From: Octopus sinensis
Taxonomy: Eukaryota
Assembly: GCF_006345805.1 (NCBI RefSeq)
Contig: NC_043000.1
Span: 139,624,001 to 139,688,000, forward strand
Direction: 5' to 3'
DNA: 64,000 bases
This document shows positions 38,548 to 50,949 of the stretch, piece by piece (the first letter of the stretch is position 1; every line of letters starts with the position of its first letter). The translations under genes and the position numbers were made by a program. Below the pieces are notes generated by a model. It was given only the letters and a program-made list of their open reading frames with translations, was not told the DNA's origin and did not search any database.

Positions 38548-40235
38548 CTTCTATTGTTTTAATTATTATAAATCTCCCACTGCAGAGGGAGCCAGTTTCC
38601 AACAAAGGTACCATCTTTAGGATGTGGTTAACACAGACAAATTCACATTTGGAACTTGAGAAAAGTCTTGTATATTTTTACTGTTCCACTCACAGATTGT
38701 ACTTGTAATGTATGAATTAGCCGGTTGATATCTCTTTCTGAAAATCCCAGTTTATCCAGATTCTCCTTTCAGGATTTACTAACAAAACCTAGTGTTCCAA
38801 TCATTTATTGGTATGAATAGGAATTCATAGTCTCGATATAGAAGCTGGAGGTTGCAAAGCAGTTATCCATAGATATCCTCTTTTACTTTGATTGTCAAGG
38901 AGATACTTATATCTGCAGAGCAGCTGACCTCTATGATGGTACATAACTTTGCCCCTCTGTCCCAAACAACAATATCTGGCCTGTTATATTTACATTTCAC
39001 AGAATTTTTTATGTGGATATTCCACCAATATTCCTTGAGTTGGTGTTAATGAATTTATTCTATAACAGAAGGATTTTCTAAGTATATTTCAGGACAGTTT
39101 TGTTTCAGTGGATGATATTGTAAATTGTTTTAGCAACAACATCATGCCTCATAGTTAGGTAGTACTGTGATGACATTTTAGGACAGCTGATAATCACATG
39201 CATGATGTCTTCCACAGAAACATGACATAGCCTACACATGTGGTTGCACCTTGGTTTTACAAGAGCATCACTGTCTCTCTTGTTCACCAGGTACTTTGTA
39301 GCAATTTCCTGTTTCTGGATTGCAAACACATAGCCTTCAAATTGTGATGCGATGTAGTTGGTCTTGTGTCCAAGAAGGCTGTACTGCGTGTCAATTCTAC
39401 TGTCTTCTTCAAGCTTCTGGGCAACATACCAATGCTCAGTCATTTCTTTTTTTTTGTATGTTGAGTGCTTTCCATCCTGGTCTTCTCTGAGATAAAAGAG
39501 CCCAGCTGTTTTGGGGCTGTATAGGAGATCATCAAGAAGAGAGTGCTTCTTGAGGAACTCACTGACAGCTCGTATAATGCTGCCTACTTCACTTTTCAGC
39601 ACTGCATTTATATATCTATTTTTGCTGCTGTTGTTTAGCAGGTGCTGCCTGAGTGATACCAAACTGCATTCGAAGGCCATCTGCACTGATCTTAAACCTC
39701 CAGCACCTTCATTTCTTTTTAGGCAGAGCCTGTCAACATCACTGTTTCTGTGAAAGTTCCAAGTTGTCAGGATTTTGCAGGTTTTGATATTTATAGAGTG
39801 GATTTTATCTACATACAAATCAAGTATCCCAAATGTTGAGGACCAGCACTGGTACTGCAAATGCATTATGATATATTGTTTTGTTGTAAGAGGAGAGTTC
39901 CGACTGCCATATTTTCCTAAGTCTGGTGTAATATTCTTGGGTCACTCTATGTTTATTAAGAGTACCTTCATATGATACATTTACATCTATGCCAAGGTAC
40001 TTGTAACATTCTTTGTGTAGAATGAGACAAAATAGAGAGACCGTTGATGTACAGGTTTTGGGTTTGGGGGACTGACTTTCCTCATTCTATAACCAAATAT
40101 GAACATTTCTTTTGGCCAAATTCCATGCTTATATCAGCTGAAAATGTTGTTACTAATACCAGTTGCTTTTTGGCATTGTTAACAGTTTTAGTATAAATCT
40201 TCAGGTCGTCTACAAAGAAATTATGAGTTGCACTG

Positions 40236-40236
<1 letters not shown>
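38548..40236 (-). mobile_element. RLE-type LINE, 5'-truncated, copy R2 (different subfamily)
   Basis: FFVDDLKIY (RT), DVDRLCLKRNEGAGGL, CRLC..EDIMHVIISC..RHDVVAK zinc knuckle, degenerate RLE, tail (ATAC)n. Confidence 0.88.
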
Positions 40237-40266
<30 letters not shown>

Positions 40267-40296
40267 TGTATGTATGTATGTATGTATGTATGTATG

Positions 40297-40330
<34 letters not shown>

Positions 40331-40403
40331 TGTATGTATGTATGTATGTATGTATGTATATATATATGTATGTATGTATATACGTATGTATGCATGTATG
40401 TAT
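40237..40403. repeat. (TATG)n microsatellite at the 5' junction of R2
   Basis: Direct reading. Confidence 0.95.
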
Positions 40404-40879
40404 AAAGATATTACCACATATTCTACCTCCCCCAAATAAGTAATAATAAATGAAGATATTTTTATCTTCCTAAATGGTTCGTCAGAAACTAATTGTACTT
40501 TAATTATGTAGATAGGCAATTCCGAAAATTCGAAACATATGTGAATGTTATATAGTCAGAAGCAACATACGAGTCTTCAGTGGAAAACGATGTAAATCAA
40601 ATAAGTGAAATAAAGACTGAAGAGAATAAAGGGTAATTGATACAGAAAGGAAGACAGTGCAATAAATTTATTGTACATTCAAATCGTGACAATCAAAACC
40701 ACATAATTAAGATGCGACTGAGGTTAGAATAAATAAATAAATAAAGAATGATATGCAAATAATTTTTATAAAATGTTATATCGGATACATAATTTTTGGA
40801 GTAGTTCTCACGCAACCACATTGTGTGTATAAACATTATACACATATATTTATGTATGTATTTGTATGTTTTTATATAT

Positions 40880-40920
40880 GCGTATATATATATATATATA
40901 TATGCACACACACACACACA

Positions 40921-40989
<69 letters not shown>

Positions 40990-41055
40990 GCACATATATA
41001 TATACATACATATGTATACTTACATATAAGAGAACAAATTGTACGTATGCCGCTG

Positions 41056-41096
<41 letters not shown>

Positions 41097-41097
41097 G

Positions 41098-41164
<67 letters not shown>
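40880..41164. repeat. (TA)n/(CA)n microsatellite
   Basis: Direct reading. Confidence 0.95.
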
Positions 41165-41170
<6 letters not shown>

Positions 41171-41412
41171 CAAAATGGGACAAGAACACAAAACATCTGG
41201 ACAACTAGGTGATACAAAAAGGGACCAGGTTGGAGCAATCTCAAGAATAATCAGTCGAAATTGCGAGGATAATCTGGTTCTTGACTGAAGATAGAAAACT
41301 TCGAATGACCCGTCCTTGTTTTCTTTGTATCGTATAAATGGATGTTTTGTTGTCTCTTTTTGTATCACCTAGTTGTCCGGATGTTTTGTGTTCTTATCCC
41401 ATTTTGTATTTT
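41165..41412. mobile_element. 248-bp element with ~60-bp inverted termini in TA repeats
   Basis: AAAATACAAAATGGGA..GATACAAAAAG and its reverse complement at the right end. Confidence 0.65.
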
Positions 41413-41469
41413 ATACATACATATGTACATACTTTCATACATACATATATACATAATACATACATACAT

Positions 41470-42664
41470 TTCAAATGTCGAAGTGCATCCCTTGACCAAG
41501 TTTGCATACAAGAGATTGATAACATCATAAAATTTGGAAGGTAGCTCCTTGAGCAACATTCCTTGTCTGATAACCTAGAATACACGCCCAAAGAAGTCGC
41601 ATGACTCTACTGCAAAATATCATCAGATGAAAGGATGAACCTCTATGAACAGAAGTCTATGCATGGATATGTTAGTAGAAAGCTCCGAGAATCATCAAAG
41701 CGGCCTATCATGGACCAACAGCTGGGTTACTACCACCTACTTTGAACGGTATACTTTTGCTATTCAAGAACAGGAAATATTTACCAAATACCTGATACAC
41801 AAAATGGACAGAGATGCAGGGAAAGCAGTGAAATGTGACAATCGATGCAGATTTTGTGGAGTTAACACTGAAGATATTACATACATCATAAGGCGGTTGT
41901 CTGAAAATGGCATCACGGTATAATCTACCAATGAGACATAATGTTGTAGCTAGGACACTCTAAAAAGAAATCCATTGGAAAAATAACCCACAGGACAAAG
42001 AAATAAGAACTTACAATATGGTAGAAGCCATAGCCACTCGTAATAAAATAGAGTACTGGTGGAATGTCCCTGTGAAGACCTCAATGAAATGTAAGCACAA
42101 CAGACCTGATATAATGATTTGGGATACAGAGGAGAAACTGTATACAGTTGTGGAAATCAGCTGCCCATTGGATATTAACATAAAGCTGAAGATCAAGGAA
42201 AAGAGAATACCTATGCTGAACTATTGAGAAATCTGCAGTTCCTCTATTCAGATAACAAGTTCAGGTTTATACCTGTAATTATTGGAGTACTGAGATATGT
42301 AATGCACTGCCTAAATACCAATACTGAGAAATTAAGCTTCCCAAAACCAGAAAGGAGAAAGCTAACTCGAAGACTACAGATCCAAGCTATCGCTGGGACT
42401 GTAAAAATAAAAAAATCTGTAAAACTTTCCAGAATTCTTTCATTTAAGTATATATGAGCATGCCTAGATATGCAAGTATATGCATGAGAATACATACATA
42501 AAACAAAACATACAAATTTGCATACATACATACATACATACATGCATACAAACAAAAATACCCTGTTGTTGTTGTTGAAATTCCAATGAAGGAGCCTTGG
42601 ATCTAGGTTATAAACCGGTTCTTTCTCTATTGACAGGAAAACTTGAAATAAAACTGAACAATGA
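41470..42664 (+). mobile_element. RLE-type LINE, 5'-truncated, copy R3 (same family as R1, opposite strand)
   Basis: FAIQEQEI, CRFC..EDI, YWWNVPVKT..HNRPDIMIWD..VEISCP; (CATA)n on both sides. Confidence 0.88.
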
Positions 42665-42939
42665 CATACATACATACATACATACATTCAAACATATATG
42701 CATACAGAAAATTTTCAGTACCCCTCGTAAACATGTGTATACACACTTATACTGATACACGTATATCTATTTGATTTGAATGAAGTGCTTTAATTCAAGG
42801 AATCTTCAGTAATAGGCAATACATAATAAGCATAAATGTAAGCATCAATGTTTGATTTCCAGTATCAAAATCTCATGTCTTCAAAGTTATCACTTCAAAC
42901 ATGATAATGAGTTTATTATCTTATATAAACTCATATAGA

Positions 42940-43310
42940 TAACAGCGATCCACTTTTATTCATGGTTGGAGTAAATCCACATTTATCATCTGAAATCTTT
43001 AATAAAACGTACTTCTCCACTGCTTCAGTAGCACACAAATGACATGGTCATTTATTTCCATTATTTGTTTTGGCTTTCGTCAAAATCCCTATGGAAACTA
43101 AAACTAAATGTTTATCGAAGCTCCAAATGCACGCTGATAAAATAAAAATCATATTCCTCTATGCCGATGTCTGAAATCTATAATTATGTATATAATATCA
43201 TATCTTCAAATCTGATGTCTGCCAAATTCAAGAATTCTCACCTCACATTTGAATAAAACCACTGAGTACATTGTTCCCCTTTAAAGGAAAATCACTCTTA
43301 TTAATGCCGT
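42940..43310 (-). mobile_element. Degenerate Penelope-like GIY-YIG remnant
   Basis: PLKG, LSACIWS, ILTKAK, CHLCATE. Confidence 0.45.
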
Positions 43311-43356
43311 TTCAGTTACAATCACATCAATAATCTTAATTTGTATTATTATTATT

Positions 43357-43723
43357 GTGGAGGCGCAATGGCCCAGTGGTTAGGGCAGCGGACTCGCGGT
43401 CCCGATTCCCAGACCGGGCGTTGTGAGTGTTTATTGAGCGAAAACACCTAAAGCTCCACGAGGCTCCGGCAGGGGATGGTGGTGATCCCAGCTGTACTCT
43501 TTCACCACAACTTTCTCTTACTTCCTGTTTCTGTTGTACCTGTATTTCAAAGGGCCGGCCTTGTCACTCTCTGTGTCACGCTGAATATCCTCGAGAACTA
43601 CGTTAAGGGTACACGTGTCTGTGGAGTGCTCAGCCACTTACACGTTAATTTCACGAGCAGGCTGTTCCGTTGATTCGGATCAACCGGAACCCTCGTCGTC
43701 GTAACCGACGGAGTGCTTCCATC

Positions 43724-43724
<1 letters not shown>
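43357..43724 (+). mobile_element. tRNA-derived SINE family D with (TAT)n tail
   Basis: GGCGCAATGGCCCAGTGGTTAGGGC head; TTGAGCGAAAACACC core; (TAT)n follows. Confidence 0.7.
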
Positions 43725-43773
<49 letters not shown>

Positions 43774-43791
43774 CTACTACTACAATAAAAA

Positions 43792-44016
43792 AGGCAGTGC
43801 GATAACAGAATCATTAGCATGCCGGGCAAAATGCTTAGCAGTATTTTATCTGCTGCTACATTCTGAGTTCAAATTCCTCTGAGGTCGACTTTGCCTTTCA
43901 TCTTTTTGGATCGATGAATTAAGTACCAGTCAAGTACTGGGATTGATGTGATCGACTGACCCCCCTCCCCCAAAATTTCAGGCCGTGGCCTACAAACGAA
44001 AGGATTATTATTATTA
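43792..44016 (+). mobile_element. SINE family B with (TTA)n tail
   Basis: Family B head and core; tail GAAAGGATTATTATT. Confidence 0.75.
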
Positions 44017-45400
44017 TAAAAATGAAGTTCAGGTTAGGTCTTATTCCCGATAGGATTTATGTGGATAGTGGGTTACTACCTGTAATCTTAGCTATCCACA
44101 TGTTTTCGGCAGTCTTTCAAGTGCTTAGAACCACCCTTTTGCCGAGATATTATGATGACAAGGAATATTCATGTCGATCAATAAACAAACTTTATTATTT
44201 TGGTCCTTCACAACAATATCTGGTTTATTAACTTTGATGGTTTGGTCTGTGTATACTAGTAAGTCCCAAAGGATCGTTATATGTTCTACTTAAGTTACAG
44301 CTTCAGGGTGGTGAGTATACCAATTAGAAGTTTTGATTTAATAATACCAACATATTAGCCAGTGTAGATATTGGCCCAACTCTGTCATGTCTTGATTTAA
44401 ACTCCACTGGTGCTAAGACTTTACATCCAGAGATTGGGTGATCCTTTATTTCAATCACGTCATTGCCGAATCGGCATTTTGGATCACATTGGCTCGGTAG
44501 TTCTGGGTGAATAAGCTTTGATCTTGAACATATAGATTTATAGATCTTACTTCTATTAAAAATCTTATAATACCTATGTTATATGGGGAAATGCTTTTTG
44601 CGTTAGTGATCGCTTCCATATTAAATGTTGCATTATACGAACTAGTATTCTTTGGATTATTCTTCCTAAATCTATTTCAGGCTTTTGCCTCGTTATAATG
44701 TGCTGAGTAATACTTATCAATTTGTTCGATAGCAGATAAACAAGATATTATAAAGCAATTTTTTAATGTTTGTGAAATGGTTGGAAAATTTATTATAACT
44801 TACACTCTCGTTGGGTTTTCTAAAGAAGTAAAATAATTCAATGGGCAGATTCATACTCACAGACACAAATTTCAGTATAGATGGATTTATGCCTAAGGTG
44901 TTTGATTGAAAAACACCTGGAAAAAATAGGATCCGATTCTCCCAAATCCCTTCTGTCGCACAGAAGCCGCACGTGATTCAGGTCAATAGACATGGACAGC
45001 ATAGATCTTCTAAATTGGATAATTCTCCTTTCAGTTGGAACAGTATACATAGCCTGATAAGTTCAGTGACCTCAGCCGAATGGTTCAACCGTTACTCACA
45101 TCAAACGGGATTCTCACCGAAAATTTTTCCAAATAGTCATCAGCTTTTAACAGTTTTTCGATCACGGATAATTACGTCTCTCAGAAATCCTTAATATCCA
45201 CAATAGTTTTAGTAAAATTAATAACCCAATGTAGTACCAGTAATGTTAATTATTTATTTATGACTGGATCAATCTGGTGCGGCCTTTATTAGCTATACAC
45301 TTGAAACAATCCGTCACTACAAACGAATTACTTCACAAAGCTAAAGTGGCCACTGATCTAATCTTAGGTATTAATATTCTATAACAAAATCAAACTATAT
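44017..45400 (-). mobile_element. Degenerate RLE-type (Dong/R4-like) LINE ending in (TAA)n
   Basis: WYTHHPEAV..ILWDLLVYTDQTIKVNKPDIVVKD..CLLIDMNIP at 44140-44325; upstream part only weakly recognisable. Confidence 0.7.
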
Positions 45401-45629
45401 CCAACTTACTGGTATTAATTAGCCTAACAGAAATATTATTAGCAAAACCAGAAATATGATTACTCTGTGTAAAGTAAGGAATTAAATGTTTCAGTGATTC
45501 CTTCTGATCCTGGATGAGGAATACTAAAGAAATATTAAAACTCGAAATGTCGAAATCCTTTATCACATTCAATCCATTCTTACGGTAATCGTCGCTGATG
45601 ACATAGATACTAATTGTCTTTTTAGATTC

Positions 45630-45845
45630 TCTTTCTTTACTACCCACAAGGGGCTAAACACAGAGAGGACAAACGGATTAAGTCTATTATATCGACCCCA
45701 GTGCGTAACTGGTACTTATTTAATCGACCCCGAAAGGATGAAAGGCAAAGTCGACCTCGGCGGAATTTGAACTCAGAACGTAACCGCAGGCGAAATACTG
45801 CTAAGTATTTAGCCCGGCGTGCTAACGATTCTACCAGCTCGCCTT
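45630..45845 (-). mobile_element. SINE family B
   Basis: Reverse-complement match. Confidence 0.82.
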
Positions 45846-47484
45846 GTCTTTTTAGATACACGTACATACACACACACATGCACGCGCTCATCCATGAGCA
45901 TGCGTCACAGCAGGCATATATACGGTTTCAGAGAGATATCCAGCCAGACAATAATTTGTCCATGAGGTGTATATCTGCATCGTATTCCTCAGACCACTTC
46001 TCTTCTATAACGTTGAGTATGCTTCGCTTTCCTACTTATCTCTAAGCTCCACAAACTTCGATTCTTTATTCATTTTATTCTTTCTTTCTTACAGTCTCCC
46101 TCTCTCTTTCGTTTTCTCGATTGTTCCACGATCCCCGCCACCCCCATTCTATTTCTTTCTATTATATCTTCTCTTCTTCCTACCATTCTCAATCCAATCC
46201 CATTCCCATTCCTTTTCTGCCTGTCACTAGCATTCCAAAAGTCAGCTGCAAGATATATTCAGTGATTTTTCCAAGGAAATCAACACGATAAAACAAAGGA
46301 GAATACAGAGAAAAGAATACCGAGAAAGATAGAAGAATAAATAAAAACAAAAAACAAAATACCAAATAAAAAGGCAAACTGGATATCATTTCAATTTCTT
46401 CATTAAAAAAATCACCATTACATACAAAACAAAAGAAAGCGAAGTTAATTTTTTCAGATTCTACCAAATAAAAATATTTAAAAAATATATATATAATAGA
46501 CTGATGTTGATGTGTACGAAGGGTGGAGGGGAGAAGAATAGCATTCAATAAATAAATAAATAAATAAATAAATAAAAGAAAGCTGTCTTAATGATATTTT
46601 TAGTTGTTGTCATGATCTTAATTAACCTAGAATAAAATTAGAAACCCAATCTTTCCTCTATCTTACTCTCACTAAACCTATTTCCTTCATTCTCAGTTGT
46701 AAATAGACACACGTAACAAACGTTTAATATACAAATACACACACATCAGCAGAAACTCTCTCTCTCTCTCACGTACGCATGCATAAGCACACACACACAA
46801 ACGCATAGGTCCGCATTGAATTGTTCATTTAGTTTCTAGCTTCCACTTTAGTTTTTCACAATTTCTTCGCGGTTTCATTCTATTATGTGTTATTTGTTGC
46901 TTTATTTTTTTGATTTCCAATATTAAATTCCTTATTTCTATTATTTTCAAGTAACACATGATTATCTAAATTCAAGAAAATCTTCCTAGGTAGGTGGATG
47001 CTGATCCAAAATGACAGAACACTTGTTTCACACTTTCTCATTCAACCTCTCTCTTTCAGGCTTTCCCTGTCAAGATTATATTTATGTGTGTGCATACATA
47101 CATGCATGCGTACATATGTGTGATATAGGAAGCCGAATCTTCATAAAAATCGTTACTTTAAGTTTATTATTGCCAATATTTAGATAATAAAGACGAATAG
47201 AACGAAAGGTAGGTGTCAAAAGCGATGAGGTGAAAATATTTAAATAATTAGACAAGCTTTGATTGAAGTAAAAGCATTTCTTTACTCCTTGTTCACACCG
47301 AAATGTTCACTTTTAGATACATGTATTCGTGTGTGTGTGAGTGATTCGATTGTAATGAGAATTACTCAATACATGGAAGTAGAATTTGATACAAAGAGTA
47401 AATAATATGATTTATATCTCTGAAACTGAAGTTCCACCTGCAATTTTCAATAACTTATTTTAAACAATATTTCTGAGAAATGTT

Positions 47485-47902
47485 GGATCTTTTCGGTCTG
47501 AATGACAGTTTTTTTCTAGCGGTGTCATATGAAATTGTCACCCATAATTATGACCCTAGAATCGATCTATTGCATTTCAATCTCTTTTAGGGTTAGGGTT
47601 AGGGGTGGGGGAAGGGTATCTTTTTTTTTTCACAAATGAAAATAAACCCAATCTGTTTCTTAAACGAGGGACATATTCATACGGCACAGAATGCTTTTTA
47701 ACTCAATAGACGTCACAGATTGATTGAATTTGCAGAAATTGGAGAAAAAAAAACAACAAATATCTTACAAACTATAGAATTTTCTCAATAAAGCCAAGAG
47801 AAAAAGATGTTTTGTAAACACATTCTACCAGTATACGAAGTTTAAAATTTTTTAGTTACCTAGAAATTATGTTAAAAACTGTCGTTCAAACCGAAAAGAT
47901 CC
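47485..47902 (+). mobile_element. GGATC-TIR MITE copy 2
   Basis: TIRs; flanks GAAATGTT / CAAATGTT. Confidence 0.88.
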
Positions 47903-48202
47903 CAAATGTTTTTCGAGGAAGATCGTCAGGTAACGATAATTTACTTTAAACGACCTTGATGTAACTAAAATGCTATTGATATATAAAAGCATAAATTATC
48001 TCTTGACTGCTAAATTACTTTCCTTGCATCAGTAAATTTACCATAAAACAGAGCTGTTCTATTTGCCTTGAAAAATGGCTTTACTATGAGAAGCAATGAA
48101 GAAAAGATGGCGATCATGAAACGTAAGAGACGGCTATATTGCGATAATAGTAATTCGGATTTCACGCTATTAAGTTGGTTTTTCCAATTCTAAATTGTTT
48201 TA

Positions 48203-48619
48203 GGATCTTTTCGGTTTGACCGGCATTTTTTTAAATAATTTCCACGTAACTAAAAAAATTTTAAACTTCGTATACTGGTAGAATGTGTTTATAAAACATC
48301 TTTTTCTCTTGGCTTTATTGAGAAAATTCTATAGTTTGTAAGATATTTGTTGTTTTTTCCTTCAATTTCTGCAAATTCAACCAATCAGTGACGTCTATTG
48401 AGTTAAAAAGCATTCTGTGCCGTATGAATATGTTCCCCGTTTAAGAAACAGATTGGGTTTATTTACATTTGTGAAGAAAAAAAGATACCCTTCCCCCCAC
48501 CCCTAACCATAACCCTAAAAGAGATTGAAATGCAATAGATCGATTCTAGGGTCATAATTATGGGTGACAATTTCATATGACACCGCTTGAAAAAACCGCC
48601 GTTCAAACCAAAAAGATCC
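48203..48619 (-). mobile_element. GGATC-TIR MITE copy 3
   Basis: TIRs; interior reversed relative to copy 2. Confidence 0.88.
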
Positions 48620-48847
48620 AAAAAACTTGCTGAATGGTGACAGCTACTATAAAATACATATTTTACATTTGAATATTTTGTTAAGCCCCTAATGCTTTTC
48701 TGTATGGTTATTTGTTTTCGACAATGTATACCCACGTCTCGTACCGTCTGTATATGCTCTTCGTTCTTGCATTATCAGTTTTCATTGTACTCTTTTAGCC
48801 ATCGTACGTAATTAGCCAATAGCTGTGTTGTCTTTTCTTTAATAATA

Positions 48848-49411
48848 TATTTCTTTATTGCCTACAAGAGGCTAAACATAGAGGGGACAAAGAAGGACAG
48901 ACGAAGGGATTAAGTCGATTACATTGACCCCAGTGCGTAATTGGTACTTTATCTATCGACCCCAGTGCGTAACTGGTACTTTATCTATCGACCCCGAAAT
49001 GATGAAAGACAAAGTCGACCTCGGCGGAATTTGAACTCAGAACGTAACGGCAGACGAAATACCTATTTCTTTACTACCCATAAGGGGCTAAACACAGAAG
49101 GGACAAACAAGGACAGACAAACGGATTAAGTCGATTACATAGACCCTAGTGCGTAACTGGTACTTAATTTATCGACCCCGAAGTGATGAAAGGCAAAGTC
49201 TACCTCGGCGGAATTTGAACTCAGAACGTAACGGCAGACGAAATACGGCTACGCATTTCGCCCGGCGTGCTAACGTTTCTGCCAGTTCGCCGCCTTTAAA
49301 GACAGACGAAATACCTATTTCTTTACTACCCACAAGGGGCTAAACACAGAGAGGACAAACGGATTATAGTCGATTATATGTAGTGCTAACGTTTCTGCCA
49401 GCTCGCCGCCT
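48848..49411 (-). mobile_element. SINE family B multimer
   Basis: Two heads, about three tail units, 32-bp internal duplication. Confidence 0.85.
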
Positions 49412-49980
49412 TTCTTTTCTTTAATTACATTCCTGAAGGAAGACGTGTGGCTGGAGGATCCCGGCCAGTAAATGACCTCTACCTTCTTATGTAATTCTTG
49501 CTTTCTGCTTATCTGTTTGATAAGATGCCGTTTCCTTCAACTCGAATAATACAACTTCAATTACTATAACATCATCAATATAAAAGATTTAGCACCTTTT
49601 CCTGTCAGCCTATTAAACGTAGGCACTTTCATCAATTTCAGTAGGCATGATAACACATTCCTGAATATATGTAGAGTAGGTGTTAAAAAATTTAAGAATA
49701 CTACTAACACAATGTTTTCTGATAAGAACGTAACTATGAAACTGAATTCGTTGGATATAAGCTGAATAGCTGAATCAGTAAAGTACCTTACATTCGCATA
49801 TGACACTACATATAACGTAAACAGCGAGTCAAAAGATGTAACCAAGGAAATAAAATTAGGGAATGGAACAAAATAAAAGGCGTAACACAAAATTAAGGAT
49901 ATCATAGAAGATATTAACATTAATACCAGATATATAGTAATAAATCCAGCTAAAACGGAGAAACTATAATTAACAAATTT

Positions 49981-50393
49981 GGATTATTTCGGTTTGAACG
50001 GCAGTTTTTAACGTAATTTCTAGGTAACTAAAAAATTTTAAACTTCGTATACTGGTAGAATGTGTTTGTAAAACATCTTTTTCTCTTGGCTTTATTGAGA
50101 AAATTCTATAGTCTGTAAGGTATTTGTTGTTTTTTTCTTCAATTTCTGCAAATTCAACCAATCACTGGCGTCTATTGAGGTAAAAAACATTCTGTGCCGT
50201 ATGAATATGTCCCTCGTTTAAGAAACAGATTGGGTTTATTTACATTTCTGAAGAAAAAAAGATACCCTTCCCCCACCCCTAACCCTAACCCTAAAAGATT
50301 GAAATGCAATAGATCAATTCTAGGGTCATAATTATGGGTGACAATTTCATATGACACCGCTAGAAAAAACTGCCGTTCAAACCGAAAAGATCC
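49981..50393 (-). mobile_element. GGATC-TIR MITE copy 4, flanked by a 71-bp direct repeat
   Basis: TIRs; 49910-49980 matches 50394-50464. Confidence 0.88.
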
Positions 50394-50555
50394 GATATTA
50401 ACATTAATATCAGACATATAGTAATAAATCCAGCTAAAACAGAAAAACTATAATTAAGAAATTTTAAGAAGGTAAAAATTAATGAGAGTCTAACGGCGCT
50501 GTATAAAGTATTTCTTGGTTTTACTACAGAATTTTGCATACCATTGTATAATATA

Positions 50556-50949
50556 CTAGCAGTATCGCCCGGCGTTGCTCAGGTTTGTAAGAGAAATAAC
50601 TATATAAGCATTTTTAGAGAGTTATAGCCAAAAAATAGCAAAATATGCATTAAAATGGAAAAAATTATGGTAAATTTTTTTTTAAATCGTTGACTCATCG
50701 TAGACATTTTTAGAGAGTTACTTCCCTTATATAATAGCGAAAAATGCATTAAAATGGGAAAAAATGATGGTAAATTTTTTTTTTAAATCGTAGACTCATC
50801 GTAGACGCGCGCTAATACCCAGAAGGGCTCGATAGGAATCACGACTATAAGATACCCGGTTTTGGTTAAACTGCACCGCAAAATGTGGGAGTAGTTAGGA
50901 ATCTAAATCGTAGGAGACAGACACACAACCTCACTTTTATATATAAAGA
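50556..50949 (-). mobile_element. Non-autonomous Helitron H1
   Basis: Minus strand A|TC start, subterminal hairpin, CTAG|T end. Confidence 0.75.

Noticed and set aside
44838-45190. Minus-strand ORF and GTGAGT donors suggesting host exons
   Set aside because: No acceptor gives an open frame; the region lies within the degenerate RLE LINE.
49564-49920. 118-aa hydrophobic ORF
   Set aside because: Hydrophobicity reflects T-rich strand bias; no exon boundaries or motif.
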